From NCBI GenBank assembly GCA_963813995.1, contig CAWFAZ010000037.1:7430-71429 (forward strand): a stretch of 64,000 nucleotides of DNA. Direction: 5' to 3'. The stretch comes from an uncultured Verrucomicrobiae bacterium (lineage in GTDB: Bacteria; Verrucomicrobiota; Verrucomicrobiia; Limisphaerales; Palsa-1400). Of this stretch, positions 34,586 to 45,021 are shown one piece after another (positions within the stretch are counted from its first letter, which is position 1; each line of letters starts with the position of its first letter). The position numbers and the translations under genes are program-made. The notes under the pieces were generated by a model that worked only from the letters and a program-made list of their open reading frames with translations, did no database searches and had not been told where the DNA came from.

Positions 34586-36094
34586 ATGAAATCAATGCAT
34601 CTCTTGACCGTGGCCATCGCAACGGCAGCCGCGATGGCGCAAGCGACTGTGATGGCTGCCGAGACCACCAACCGCGCCGCCGGCCAGGCGGCCCCAGGCT
34701 CCATGCACTCGCTGCGGGTGGTGGTCGATCCGCGCGTGGGACTCATGAGCCTCATCTTCCGCCTGGCTGGGAACCGGGAATACAACATGGAGAATGTGGT
34801 GGAATCCTACGCCGGGGACGCGGAGAAGCAATTTGGGAAGTTTCGCGGCCATGCGGTGGTCAATCTGGCGCAGAAATTGCGCACAACCCACGGCGTTTCC
34901 TATGATGCGGTCATGAGCATGGCGATCCATTTGACCGATGCCAAGCACCTCAAGCTCAAGCTCCCGCTCCAACCCTGGCCTGAGGGCCTGGACCGACGCT
35001 GGACCGCTCACGATGTGAGGAATTTCCTGGCGGCGGCGCAGCAGTTTGTCAAAGACAGCTTCTTCCAGGAGTTCATCGAGCAGCACCGTCCGCTCTACCA
35101 GATCACGGAGGAGCGCATGCAGACGCTCATGGAGAAGGAAGCCCACCTCGAGTGGTTCGACGCGTATTTTGGCCGGCGGCCGCAGGCCAGCTTCACGGTT
35201 GCGCTGGGATTGCTCAATGGCGGCGGGTGCTATGGACCGCATTTCCGGGCTGCGGACGGCCACGAAGAACTCTATTGCGTTCTCGGCGTGTGGCAGACCG
35301 ATCAGCAGGGCTTGCCCGAATTTACGCGCGACGCGCTGGGCACAGTCGTCCACGAATTCTGCCATTCTTATGCCAATCCACTTATTGAGCGCCATCTGGC
35401 CGAACTCCAACCGTCAGGCGATGCCCTCTTTGAGCACGTTGCCGGGCGGATGCGTTCCCAGGCCTATGCCAGCGGACAGACGCTGTTGAACGAGTCACTC
35501 GTCCGCGTCTGCGTCATCCGTTATCTGCGCCAGTATGAAGGGGAGGAGGCCGCCCGGCGCGCCATCCAGGCTGAGAAAGCCAGGGGTTTTCTGTGGATGA
35601 AGGAGATGTCGGACCTGCTGGGCGAGTATGAGACGCACCGGGAGCAGTATCCAACGCTTGAGGACTTCTCGCCGCGCCTGGTCGCATTCTTTGCCGAGAC
35701 GGCGAAAAATTTTTCCAAGACGCAGCCTGTCCCCAAGACTTATTTGGCCGGCGATCGGCCCAAAGTCGTTTCAATGATTCCCGCCAATGGGGCGCAAGAC
35801 GTTGATCCAAGCTTGACCGCCATCCAGGTGGTCTTTGATCGGCCCATGTCCGACAAGTCCTGGGCACTGGTGGGCGGCGGCCCTCATTGTCCCAAGACCG
35901 GCGAAGGCGCTCATTTTGATGCCCAACGCAAGATTTGGACCGTGCCGGTCCAGCTCAAGCCGGATTGGACTTACGAGTTCATGCTCAACTCCGAGACTTA
36001 CGTTGGCTTCTGCAGCGAGGAGGGCGTGCCGCTTGAGCCGGTCTCCGTGACCTTTAAGACTGCCGGCCAAAAAGGGACGGGGCAGACGAAATAA
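34586..36094 (+). CDS. Secreted DUF4932-like putative zinc metallopeptidase with C-terminal SbsA/Big_5 Ig-like domain
   Basis: Signal peptide MKSMHLLTVAIATAAAMAQA. HExxH in VVHEFCHSYANPLIE. C-terminal VVSMIPANGAQDVDPSLTAIQVVFDRPMSDKSW is typical of SbsA-type Ig domains. Confidence 0.7.
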   Translation: MKSMHLLTVAIATAAAMAQATVMAAETTNRAAGQAAPGSMHSLRVVVDPRVGLMSLIFRLAGNREYNMENVVESYAGDAEKQFGKFRGHAVVNLAQKLRTTHGVSYDAVMSMAIHLTDAKHLKLKLPLQPWPEGLDRRWTAHDVRNFLAAAQQFVKDSFFQEFIEQHRPLYQITEERMQTLMEKEAHLEWFDAYFGRRPQASFTVALGLLNGGGCYGPHFRAADGHEELYCVLGVWQTDQQGLPEFTRDALGTVVHEFCHSYANPLIERHLAELQPSGDALFEHVAGRMRSQAYASGQTLLNESLVRVCVIRYLRQYEGEEAARRAIQAEKARGFLWMKEMSDLLGEYETHREQYPTLEDFSPRLVAFFAETAKNFSKTQPVPKTYLAGDRPKVVSMIPANGAQDVDPSLTAIQVVFDRPMSDKSWALVGGGPHCPKTGEGAHFDAQRKIWTVPVQLKPDWTYEFMLNSETYVGFCSEEGVPLEPVSVTFKTAGQKGTGQTK

Positions 36095-36102
36095 GGTTTG
36101 AA

Positions 36103-38430
36103 TCAAGGGGCGACGATTTCGAAGGGTATGGCGGGCAACGTGCCCAGCGCAACGCGCCGCTGATTTCCCTGAGCCTTTCCCCCGGCAGGAGCGTCCCGCT
36201 GCCTTTTGGCAATGATGTTGACGATCAGGTTTCCTGTCGCTCCCGGCTTGATCCTGGCGGCATCGCTGTGCAGCACGATTTTGGTTTCCGCGTCCCCCTG
36301 CGCAATGTTTGCGATGGAGATTCCATCCGGAGGCTCGTTTAATTCGAATTGGAAATTGTCGGCGGACGCGCGGGCGGGTGTTCTGATCCGGACCCCGGCC
36401 GTTCCACCGGCGGGGATTTTGACGGGAGTTGGATCGAGGATTTTCAAGGCGAACCTGAGTTGGGGGCGATCCAAACAGGAGACCTCCAGTTCCTGGGACG
36501 GAACGAGATGCCGGTAGGCGAAGGCTTGCATCATGTCTTCAGCCGGGACAGCCGGACGGACGACCTCCTGTTCCTGGATCAGCGCGTGTCCTTCCACACT
36601 GAGCTTGAGGGATGTCCTGGCGGAGAGCGTCGGAGCCATGAGGGTAAGCCGCACTTGGTTCTGGTTGGCCGGCACCGTGCTGCCACTGAGGGTGAAGCCG
36701 GCCGGGGCATCTTTCAAAGCCAGTGTAATTTCGTTGGAAAACCCATCCCTGCGCAGAGCATAGACCGTAAAGGGCACGGACATGCCGCCGCGCACAGTGA
36801 GGCTGGAGGGCACGACGCGCAACGCGAAGTCGGGCCGTGGCGGGCCAAGGCGCAGGCGGTAGGCATATTCCGGGCCGCCCTGATGTTGCGCGTCTCCCAG
36901 ATAGAGGTAGCAGGCGCCGGCAGCCGGCAGCGTGACGCGGAGATAGGAATCCGCGTATTGCGTTTGCAACCCGGCGCCCTTGTCCTCGTAATCGTCGTTA
37001 AAGGCCAGTTGATTGCCGGCGGCGTCAGTCAGTCTGAGCACGGAATCCAGCGGGGAATCCAGCCGGCGCGCGATAACTTCGGCGACGAATTCGTCGCCGG
37101 CGCTGGCATCGAAGCGGAAGACGTCCCACTGACCCGGTTTGTCAATGCGCCCGTTGACGATGATGGGAAGAGTGACCCGTTGGGCGGTGGCCTGGGAGTT
37201 GTTTGGCTTGTGCGAGAAACATTCCGGCAACGTATCCACGGCAAAGGGGCGGTGGTTGGAAACATATTTTTCCGTGCGGACGGAGAGCGGATAAATTCCC
37301 GGCGCAAAGTCCCTGTCATCCCGGGTCAGCGCGGCGTCGGGAAGATTCCATCCGGTCACCTGGACGGTGGTTTGAGCGCCCGCCGGGCCGCCGAGCGGGA
37401 AGAGGCCGGTGATAAACGGCAGTTCGCCCGCGGTGATGCGATAGACAAAATCCTCGCGGCCACGATAAATGGAATCCCTGATCTGGAGAACGTATTCGCC
37501 GTCCTTGGGGACTTCGTAAAAGAGAACCGGGTCGGGATGGAACTGGAAGTGGTCGGCGTAGGCCACTTCATGGCCTTGGGTGTCGTAAAGCGAGAGGACA
37601 GCTTGAAACCAGCCGGGAACAGCGTCGGCAAGATAGGGGATCAGTTCCCGGGCTGTCGCGGCGATGACCAACCGCTGCCCTTTGCGCGCTTGGAAGCGGT
37701 AACGGTCCACGCCGCCGGGCAGGATCTGGCCATTGGCCACACACGGCAGCATAATGTGCGATTCGACGGGTGCGACGGCTTTTTGGACATTGTCGTTTCT
37801 CGGGCGGTTGGCGGCCGGGAGTTCGCTGACAATGGGAGGTGCGGGCTTGCTAAATTCGGGCAGTTGGCCGACGCAAAACACCAGCGGCTGGGACAAGGCC
37901 ATGGGCGTTCCCAGCCTTAGCTCCCGTTCGCCTGGTTCAGCGTTGGAAGAAATGGTCATCTTGAGGGTGACGGTTTCCTCAATCGCCGGATTGACGGATC
38001 TCTTTTGGGACTGGGCGATTTTCTCGCGGATTTCGGCGATCATCCTCATGTCCGCAGCGGTCCAAGTGGGGCGAGTTTGCGCTTGGGCAGGCGCGCCGCT
38101 GTCCCGGTCAAGCCGGGCCGCGGCTCTTTTCTCCTGAAGCGCCTTGAGCTTCTCCCGCAAATCCTTGAGTTCTTGCTGGTTAAGCGGTCTGACGTAATCG
38201 ACCACGCCGGCTTGAATCCCTTCGCCGGAAACAAAAACGTTGCTGACGTTCCCCAGATACTGTCCTCCCACGTTCACCTGAAATGAAGTGCCCTGCCGGC
38301 CACCGGCGGGGAAGACATAGCCAACATGCGGGGTGAAGGACTGCTGCCCCCGCAGGGCCGTGGCAACCGCCAGCAGGCCCGCAAGGGTCAAGATAAAATG
38401 CCTTCGAAACAGGGTCGTCATTCGCGTCAC
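36103..38430 (-). CDS. Secreted multi-beta-sandwich protein with PPC-like (pre-peptidase C-terminal) modules
   Basis: Signal peptide FILTLAGLLAVATALRGQQ. Two segments fit the PPC pattern: YRFQARKGQRLVIAATAREL...VLSLYDTQGHEVAYADHF and FRFDASAGDEFVAEVIARRLDSPLDSVLRLTDAAGNQLAFNDDY. It starts 13 nt after the DUF1501 gene. Confidence 0.6.
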   Translation of the reverse strand: MTRMTTLFRRHFILTLAGLLAVATALRGQQSFTPHVGYVFPAGGRQGTSFQVNVGGQYLGNVSNVFVSGEGIQAGVVDYVRPLNQQELKDLREKLKALQEKRAAARLDRDSGAPAQAQTRPTWTAADMRMIAEIREKIAQSQKRSVNPAIEETVTLKMTISSNAEPGERELRLGTPMALSQPLVFCVGQLPEFSKPAPPIVSELPAANRPRNDNVQKAVAPVESHIMLPCVANGQILPGGVDRYRFQARKGQRLVIAATARELIPYLADAVPGWFQAVLSLYDTQGHEVAYADHFQFHPDPVLFYEVPKDGEYVLQIRDSIYRGREDFVYRITAGELPFITGLFPLGGPAGAQTTVQVTGWNLPDAALTRDDRDFAPGIYPLSVRTEKYVSNHRPFAVDTLPECFSHKPNNSQATAQRVTLPIIVNGRIDKPGQWDVFRFDASAGDEFVAEVIARRLDSPLDSVLRLTDAAGNQLAFNDDYEDKGAGLQTQYADSYLRVTLPAAGACYLYLGDAQHQGGPEYAYRLRLGPPRPDFALRVVPSSLTVRGGMSVPFTVYALRRDGFSNEITLALKDAPAGFTLSGSTVPANQNQVRLTLMAPTLSARTSLKLSVEGHALIQEQEVVRPAVPAEDMMQAFAYRHLVPSQELEVSCLDRPQLRFALKILDPTPVKIPAGGTAGVRIRTPARASADNFQFELNEPPDGISIANIAQGDAETKIVLHSDAARIKPGATGNLIVNIIAKRQRDAPAGGKAQGNQRRVALGTLPAIPFEIVAP

Positions 38431-38443
38431 CGCCCACAGGCTC

Positions 38444-39841
38444 TCACATGATTTCTTTCAATCGGCCACCCCGGCGCACGCCATCCGCGGCGGACGGCGT
38501 CACACGGACATCCAAATCTTGTGGATGCGGCAATTTCGCGTCGGGATCAATGCCGAGCAGTTCGTACATGCTGCCCAGGAGGTCGCACGGATAGACGGGC
38601 CGCGTCTTGACCTGTTCCCCTTTGGCATCGGAAGAGCCGACCAGATGGCCTCCCTTGAAGCCGCCGCCGGCGAGCAGGGCGGAGAAGACCTCGCCATGAT
38701 GGCCGCGCCCTCCATTCCATGGCGCATTCCACATGACTTTGGGAGTTCGGCCGAACTCACCCCCCCACCACACGATGGTCTTGTCCAACAGTCCGTGGTC
38801 CGCCAAATCCTGCAACAGAGTGGCCATGCCTTTGTCCATTTCCGGCACTCTGCGGCGCATGGTTTGGAAATTCTCCTTGTGCGTGTCCCAGCCGCCCTTG
38901 TAGTTGATGGTGACGTAAGGAACGCCGCGTTCGACCAGCCGCCGGGCCACCAGACACGATTGCCCGAAAGTGTTGCGGCCGTAACGATCTCTCAACTCGG
39001 TTTTCTCCTGCGCCAGATCGAACACCTTGCCCGCGTCGCCCAGGATCAGGTCATACGCCTCTTTTTCAGCCTGGGCGGAGGCGGCCAGTTCCACATTGCC
39101 CGGCAGGACATGGGCCAGCGTGTCCAACTGGTGCAACAACTCGCGCCGCCCCTTTTGGCGCTGCTCGGAAATGCTTTCGCTCACCACGCCTTCCACTGCG
39201 AAGGGCGTTTTGGCGGGATCGCCCCCTGTGGCGAAGGGTTGAAAGCGCGATCCCAAAAAGCCCGCCTCGGAAAACCGTCCCTGCGGTTCGGTCAACACAA
39301 TGTAAGGCGGAATCAATCCGTGATAGTCCGCGTTGAACCCCTTGAAGAGCGAAACCACGGCGCCAGCGCACGGAAAGACATCGCGCCCCCCTGCCGGGCG
39401 CGCGGTCTGAACCATGTAAGAGGCCGTTTCGTGGCCGTTGTTGCCGTGGGTCATGCTGCGGATGATGGAATACTTGTCGGCCTGCTTCGCCAGCAGGGGC
39501 ATGAGTTGGCAGATTCTTATTCCGTCCACGTTGGTGGCGATCGGCTTGTCCAGCGGGCCGCAATAATCGGAGCCTGCTTCCGGTTTCGGATCAAAGGTGT
39601 CCAGGTGCGACGGGCCGCCCCACATCCAGATTTGGATGACCGACTTGGCGCTGGCCTGGGCCAATGGGGCAGCCGCCAGAGTGCGCAGACACAAATGGTG
39701 GCCCAGCAGCAAGCCGCCCGCGCCAAGGAGGGCGCGCCGCACCGCCTCGCGCCGGGAGATCGCAGTGTCGCGCAGGCGTGAAATCAGGGCGTCGGAATAC
39801 GGTTTGAACGGTTCGCCATCCGCAATTTGTTGCATTTTCAT
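38444..39841 (-). CDS. DUF1501 domain protein (sulfatase-fold, Tat signal)
   Basis: SRREAVRRALLGAGGLLLG (Tat-like), IQIWMWGGPSHLDTFDPKPEAG and WWGGEFGRTPKV are the conserved DUF1501 blocks. Confidence 0.9.
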   Translation of the reverse strand: MKMQQIADGEPFKPYSDALISRLRDTAISRREAVRRALLGAGGLLLGHHLCLRTLAAAPLAQASAKSVIQIWMWGGPSHLDTFDPKPEAGSDYCGPLDKPIATNVDGIRICQLMPLLAKQADKYSIIRSMTHGNNGHETASYMVQTARPAGGRDVFPCAGAVVSLFKGFNADYHGLIPPYIVLTEPQGRFSEAGFLGSRFQPFATGGDPAKTPFAVEGVVSESISEQRQKGRRELLHQLDTLAHVLPGNVELAASAQAEKEAYDLILGDAGKVFDLAQEKTELRDRYGRNTFGQSCLVARRLVERGVPYVTINYKGGWDTHKENFQTMRRRVPEMDKGMATLLQDLADHGLLDKTIVWWGGEFGRTPKVMWNAPWNGGRGHHGEVFSALLAGGGFKGGHLVGSSDAKGEQVKTRPVYPCDLLGSMYELLGIDPDAKLPHPQDLDVRVTPSAADGVRRGGRLKEIM

Positions 39842-39872
39842 ACTTTCACTCTGTCTTTCTTTCTCATTCAGT

Positions 39873-41447
39873 TCAGTGCCGGTAAAGAAACTCGTCGCTG
39901 TTGATCAACGCCCAGGAAAGATCCACTGTCGCCTGACGTTTGTCCACCTGGCCGGACTGGTAAAAGTTTTCCGCAATCTTCAACTCGTCTCCCGTTGGAA
40001 AACGGGAAAGAATCCCCAGATACAGCACGGCGGCAATCTCGCGCGGAGTTTTTTTGGATTGCATCAAGTAGGGCAACATCCGGCTCTGTTCCAGCTTGAG
40101 CTGGATGTGGCTCGAATTGAGAAGATGCAGGCGCTGGTCGGCCGCCGGGCGATTATTGCGCTCCGATTCAAGGCCGGTATCGCGCGGCGGACGCCCGAAC
40201 ATTTCGAGGAAGGAACTGCTGATGCTGCCGTCCGGCAATGCAATCGAGCGCACGTCTCCGGGAATGAAGGTGTACGGTTCCGGGATGGCGCTGGAATAAT
40301 TCTCCGTCGTCCCGGTGATCTGGTCCAGAGCGTCAATAAGAACCTCCGCATCCAGGCGGCGCAACGGATAAAACGCGAAATGGGCCGCCCCTTCGGGTTT
40401 GTCCGTCCCGGGCAGCGAAGAAAGTTGGTAGGTTTTCGAGTTTAGGATCAGGCGGAAGAGGCTCTTGAGGTCGTAATGGGACGCGATCAACTCCTTTTCC
40501 AACAGAGCCAGAAGTTTGGGATCGGACGGCGGATTGTCCGGGCGGATGTCGTCCGGCTCCTGAATGATGCCGCGGCCCAGCAGCCAGGACCAGACGCGGT
40601 TGGCGATGTTTTGGTTGAACCAGGGGTTTTTAGGATCAATCAGCCAGTCGGCGAAAACCTCCCGCGGATCGCGCTCCGGCGACAACCGGACCGGGGTTCC
40701 ATCTGGAAACGCGGCTGACCGGGCCAGACGGTTGGTTGTCTTTGTCAGATCGAAAAGAACAATCTCCTCCTTCCACTCAGCCGTCGGCTTGTAGCCGATT
40801 TCGGAGAAGAAGGCCGCCATGCCGGACAATTGGCTGGCGGGCCACTTCTCCGCCCGCGTTCCCATGAACGTCAAGGCGACGGCTTTGGCGATGGCCTGCG
40901 GGTCCTTGCTTTGCAAGGCGCGGTAGAAGTTGACCGGCGGGACACGGAAATTGCTTCCGCTGGCGGTGAGCAGTTCGCGGACGAACCGGTCATAGGGCAC
41001 GTTGTCCTTGATGCTGGCGCGGATCCAATGGTGATAGGCCTGCGCGGCATTGGGCCACAAATTGATCGGAAACTCCGCCTTGACCCGCAGCAGGTCGCTC
41101 CACTTCATGGCCCAGTAATCGGCAAACTCGTCCCGATCCAGCAGGCGATCAATCAAGACGCGGCGCTTGTTCGGATTACGGTCGAGCACGAACTGTTCGG
41201 TCTCGAAACCTTTCGGCAGGGTGCCGATGACGTCCAAAAAGGCGCGACGGACAAAGACCGCGTCGGAGCAGAGACGGGCCGGCTGAAGGTTCAACTCTTT
41301 CAACCGGGCGAAAACGAGTTCGTCAACCGGATTTTGAGGCGTGAGGGCGGCGGCGCTTTCAAAAACGTCGGCCGGCCGTTGCGCCGCCGGGATGGCGCTG
41401 AAAGCCGCCAGGACAAGGCTGCCTGTGATCAAGAGCGTTTTCACCAT
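39873..41447 (-). CDS. DUF1549/DUF1553 domain protein (no PSCyt cytochrome-like N-domain)
   Basis: VDELVFARLKELNLQPARLCSDAVFVRRAFLDVIGTLP (DUF1549) and IANRVWSWLLGRGIIQEPDDIRPDNPPSDPKLLALLEKELIASHYDLKSLFRLILNSKTYQLSS (DUF1553). Confidence 0.9.
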   Translation of the reverse strand: MVKTLLITGSLVLAAFSAIPAAQRPADVFESAAALTPQNPVDELVFARLKELNLQPARLCSDAVFVRRAFLDVIGTLPKGFETEQFVLDRNPNKRRVLIDRLLDRDEFADYWAMKWSDLLRVKAEFPINLWPNAAQAYHHWIRASIKDNVPYDRFVRELLTASGSNFRVPPVNFYRALQSKDPQAIAKAVALTFMGTRAEKWPASQLSGMAAFFSEIGYKPTAEWKEEIVLFDLTKTTNRLARSAAFPDGTPVRLSPERDPREVFADWLIDPKNPWFNQNIANRVWSWLLGRGIIQEPDDIRPDNPPSDPKLLALLEKELIASHYDLKSLFRLILNSKTYQLSSLPGTDKPEGAAHFAFYPLRRLDAEVLIDALDQITGTTENYSSAIPEPYTFIPGDVRSIALPDGSISSSFLEMFGRPPRDTGLESERNNRPAADQRLHLLNSSHIQLKLEQSRMLPYLMQSKKTPREIAAVLYLGILSRFPTGDELKIAENFYQSGQVDKRQATVDLSWALINSDEFLYRH

Positions 41448-41500
41448 TATGGCATCGGCCGTTTTGACGATGCCAATAGTATAGACGCTGGCAGCAAAAG

Positions 41501-41549
41501 AAAGGATGCATAAAAAGGGCGCAAATCATCTTTTGTGCATCCTTTTTTT
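41501..41549 (+). terminator. Terminator-like hairpin + T7 run in the divergent intergenic region upstream of the mutase operon
   Basis: AAAGGATGCA (41501-41510) pairs with TGCATCCTTT (41536-45), with a 25-nt loop. The T run extends to 41549. There is no upstream plus-strand gene for it to terminate. Confidence 0.35.
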
Positions 41550-41821
41550 GGGATTTGCTGAAAAACTGGCCGGAAAGGTCATATTGATAGATAGAGGTCC
41601 GGAAAATCGGCAACACGGCAACAAGTGTTGATAATCAACGACTTAGTTGGCAACCTGTTACGGGTTTTCCAGACCTATCATACATATTCTGCGTATCTTG
41701 TGCCTCCTCGCGGCTATTTCATGTTTTGCCTTTCCCTTTTTTGGATGAAATTAGGCCGACAAATCGTTGGCTTGCTTTTCTCCATCATCGTGGTAGTCAT
41801 TTGGATGATGGAATCTGTGTT

Positions 41822-44005
41822 ATGAATACATTCCCCGACTTCACCACCGTGCCGTTTCACGCCGCTCCGGCCGGCGTCAGCCCCGGGCAATGGCGCGCCC
41901 GTTTTGAAGGTGAAACCGTCATCAAGTCGTTTGACGAATGCGTTCAGCGGACCCTGGAGGGGATCGATGTCCGGCCGCTTTACACCGCGGCTGACCTCGA
42001 GGGCTGCGAGCATTTGGACACCATGCCCGGGTTCGCGCCCTATGTGCGCGGCCCTTACGGCTCCATGTACGTCACCAAGCCGTGGACCGTCCGCCAATAC
42101 GCGGGTTTTTCAACCGCAGCCGAGAGCAACGCTTTTTATCGCCGCAACATTGCCGCCGGCCAGCAGGGCTTGTCTGTCGCCTTTGATTTGCCGACGCATC
42201 GCGGATACGACTCCGACCACCCGCGCGCCTCGGCGGACGTCGGCAAAGCGGGCGTGGCCGTGAACTCGGTGGAGGACATGAAGATATTGTTCGGCGGAAT
42301 TCCTTTGGATCGCATCTCCGTTTCGATGACCATGAACGGCGCGGTTCTCCCAGTGCTGGCGTTTTATATTGTCGCTGCTGAAGAACAGGGGGTGAAACCG
42401 GGGCAACTTTCCGGCACGATCCAAAACGACATCCTCAAGGAATACATGGTGCGGAACACTTACATTTATCCGCCCGGCCCCTCCATGCGCATCATCGCGG
42501 ACATATTTTCGTTCATGTCCAAAAACATGCCCAGGTTCAACTCCATCTCCATCTCCGGCTATCACATGCAGGAGGCGGGAGCGACGGCCGACCTGGAAAT
42601 GGCCTATACCCTGGCTGACGGCCTCGAATATGTCCGCACGGGTCTCAAGGCAGGCATTGACATTGATGCTTTCGCGCCGCGACTCTCCTTTTTCTGGGCG
42701 CAGGGCAAGGACTTTTTCATGGAGATTGCGAAACTGCGCGCCGCCCGCGCCTTGTGGGCGAAGCTCATCGCGCCGTTCCATCCAAAGAATCCCAGGTCGA
42801 TGGCCCTGCGCGCGCACTCGCAGACATCCGGCTGGTCCCTGACCGAGCAGGACCCGTATAACAATGTCGCCCGCACATGCGTCGAAGCGATGGCCGCCGC
42901 GTTCGGACAGACCCAATCGCTGCACACCAATTCGCTCGACGAGGCCATCGCGTTGCCGACCGATTTTTCAGCGCGGATCGCCCGCAACACGCAGCTTTTC
43001 CTTCAAGAAGAAACTGGCATCTGCAAAGTCATTGATCCTTGGGGCGGTTCCTATTATGTCGAGGCTCTGACGCAGGCCCTGATGAAACGGGCCTGGGCGC
43101 ACATCCAGGAAGTTGAGGCCCTCGGCGGCATGGCCAAAGCCATTGAAACCGGCCTGCCCAAACTTCGCATCGAGGAGGCGGCCGCGCGCCGCCAGGCCCG
43201 CATTGATTCGGGCAGGGAATCCATCATCGGCGTGAATTTGTTTCGGTTGGAAAAGGCCGAGAAACTGGACTTTCGTGAAGTGGATAACACCGCCGTGCGC
43301 CAATCCCAAATCCAGCGCCTGCAAAAACTCAAGGCGGAACGCGACAATGCCAAAGTCCAGGCCGCTCTGGACGCTCTCACCCGCGCTGCCGAAACCGGCG
43401 CGGGCAACCTGTTGGCGTTGTCCATTGACGCCGCGCGCGTCCGTGCAACATTGGGGGAGATTTCCTTTGCCCTTGAAAAAATCTTCCGCCGCCACAAAGC
43501 TGTCATTCGTTCTGTGTCCGGCGTTTATCAATCCGAATATGGCCGGGACCCGCAGATCGAGCAGGTTCGCCGGTTGACCGACGAGTTCGCCCGCAAGCAT
43601 GGCCGCCGTCCGCGCATCCTCATCGCCAAGATGGGCCAGGACGGCCATGATCGCGGCGCCAAGGTGATCGCCTCCGCCTATGCCGATCTGGGCTTTGACG
43701 TGGACATCGGGCCGTTGTTTCAGCAACCGGACGAAGTCGCGCGAATGGCTTCCGAGAATGATGTCCATGTCATCGGCATCAGTTCGCTTGCCGGCGGCCA
43801 TAAAACCTTGCTCGTCCAGCTTGTCGCAGAGCTGGGCAAGATCGGACGCTCCAACATCATGGTCGTGGTCGGCGGGGTCATTCCGCCGCAAGACTACGAT
43901 TTTCTGAAAAAGAACGGCGCGACGGCGGTGTTCGGGCCGGGAACCTGCATTCCAGACGCGGCCAGGGAAATGCTGGCGCAATTAAGCGCGCGCACGGAAG
44001 CATGA
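41822..44005 (+). CDS. scpA: Methylmalonyl-CoA mutase (single-chain, catalytic + B12-binding domains)
   Basis: Start at ATG 41822 ([12 protein letters not shown]...). The 41726 track start only adds an AT-rich leader. [64 protein letters not shown] is canonical MCM. The C-terminal B12 domain carries [13 protein letters not shown] (the DxHxxG motif). Confidence 0.95.
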   Translation: MNTFPDFTTVPFHAAPAGVSPGQWRARFEGETVIKSFDECVQRTLEGIDVRPLYTAADLEGCEHLDTMPGFAPYVRGPYGSMYVTKPWTVRQYAGFSTAAESNAFYRRNIAAGQQGLSVAFDLPTHRGYDSDHPRASADVGKAGVAVNSVEDMKILFGGIPLDRISVSMTMNGAVLPVLAFYIVAAEEQGVKPGQLSGTIQNDILKEYMVRNTYIYPPGPSMRIIADIFSFMSKNMPRFNSISISGYHMQEAGATADLEMAYTLADGLEYVRTGLKAGIDIDAFAPRLSFFWAQGKDFFMEIAKLRAARALWAKLIAPFHPKNPRSMALRAHSQTSGWSLTEQDPYNNVARTCVEAMAAAFGQTQSLHTNSLDEAIALPTDFSARIARNTQLFLQEETGICKVIDPWGGSYYVEALTQALMKRAWAHIQEVEALGGMAKAIETGLPKLRIEEAAARRQARIDSGRESIIGVNLFRLEKAEKLDFREVDNTAVRQSQIQRLQKLKAERDNAKVQAALDALTRAAETGAGNLLALSIDAARVRATLGEISFALEKIFRRHKAVIRSVSGVYQSEYGRDPQIEQVRRLTDEFARKHGRRPRILIAKMGQDGHDRGAKVIASAYADLGFDVDIGPLFQQPDEVARMASENDVHVIGISSLAGGHKTLLVQLVAELGKIGRSNIMVVVGGVIPPQDYDFLKKNGATAVFGPGTCIPDAAREMLAQLSARTEA

Positions 44006-45021
44006 CCGCTTCCGATCCAACCATTGATGACTATGTTTCCGGCGTCCTGGCTGGCAACCGCGCCATCCTTTCGCGCGCCGTCACCTTGATCGAGAGCCGG
44101 TCGCCGCTGCACGAAAAGAAGGCCCAGGAAGTCCTGCAAGAGTTGTTGCCGCACACCGGCAAAGCCAGGCGCATTGGCATCACAGGCGCGCCTGGCGTTG
44201 GCAAAAGCACGTTTATTGAAGCGTTCGGCTGTCACCTGATTAACCAGGGCCGGTCGGTGGCGGTCCTGACCATTGATCCCAGCAGCAAACGCTCCGGCGG
44301 CAGCATCCTCGGCGACAAGACCCGCATGGAGAATCTCAGCCGTGAATCGCGGGCCTTCATTCGCCCTTCACCTGCCGGGGATGGCATTGGCGGGGTGGCT
44401 CGTCGCACACGCGAAACGATACTCGTGTGTGAAGCGGCCGGTTTTGACCTGGTCCTGGTCGAAAGCGTGGGCGTCGGGCAGAGCGAGGTTGCCCTGCGTT
44501 CCATGGTGGACTTTTTTTTGTTGCTTTTGTTGCCAGGCGCCGGAGATGAATTGCAAGGCCTCAAAAGAGGCATCATCGAAATGGCCGATGACATTCTTGT
44601 CAATAAAGCGGACGGCGAGAATCGTCAACGGGCCGAACAGGCCCGCCTTGAACAGCAGGCCTCCCTTTCCTTCCTGCAACCGGCCACGCCCGGCTGGAAG
44701 GCGGAAGCGGCCCTCTGTTCGGCCCGGACAGGCGAGGGTGTTCCTCAAGCCTGGGAACGCATCGAACGATTTTTCCGCGAGTTGGAGCCCAAAGGCGTCA
44801 TCGCCAGCCGCCGTCAACAACAGACTGTTGAATGGTTCACCGATTTGATTCGTGATGAATTGCAACGCCGTTTTGATCATCACCCGCGTGTTCAGGCCCG
44901 TCTTCCCGGACTTCGGGAATCCCTGCTTCGCGGTGAAATCACCGCCGTTTCCGCCGCGCGCCTTCTGTTGGCGGAGTTCGACGGGTCCCCGGAGAACCCG
45001 GATCGTGATAACAAATTATGA
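44002..45021 (+). CDS. meaB: Methylmalonyl-CoA mutase-associated GTPase
   Basis: [18 protein letters not shown] (P-loop), [21 protein letters not shown] and [10 protein letters not shown] are MeaB/ArgK signatures. ATGA overlap with the mutase stop. Confidence 0.95.
   Translation: MTASDPTIDDYVSGVLAGNRAILSRAVTLIESRSPLHEKKAQEVLQELLPHTGKARRIGITGAPGVGKSTFIEAFGCHLINQGRSVAVLTIDPSSKRSGGSILGDKTRMENLSRESRAFIRPSPAGDGIGGVARRTRETILVCEAAGFDLVLVESVGVGQSEVALRSMVDFFLLLLLPGAGDELQGLKRGIIEMADDILVNKADGENRQRAEQARLEQQASLSFLQPATPGWKAEAALCSARTGEGVPQAWERIERFFRELEPKGVIASRRQQQTVEWFTDLIRDELQRRFDHHPRVQARLPGLRESLLRGEITAVSAARLLLAEFDGSPENPDRDNKL

Noticed and set aside
41726-41821. Upstream extension of the mutase ORF (track start 41726)
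   Set aside because: It lies in the AT-rich leader. The sequence ([21 protein letters not shown]..) is unrelated to mutase N-termini, and ATG 41822 gives a normal N-terminus.
41448-41821. Cobalamin riboswitch upstream of the B12-dependent mutase
   Set aside because: No B12-box-like core (e.g. GCCACTG) or multi-stem junction was recognisable by eye. B12 riboswitches normally control B12 transport or synthesis genes rather than mutase genes.
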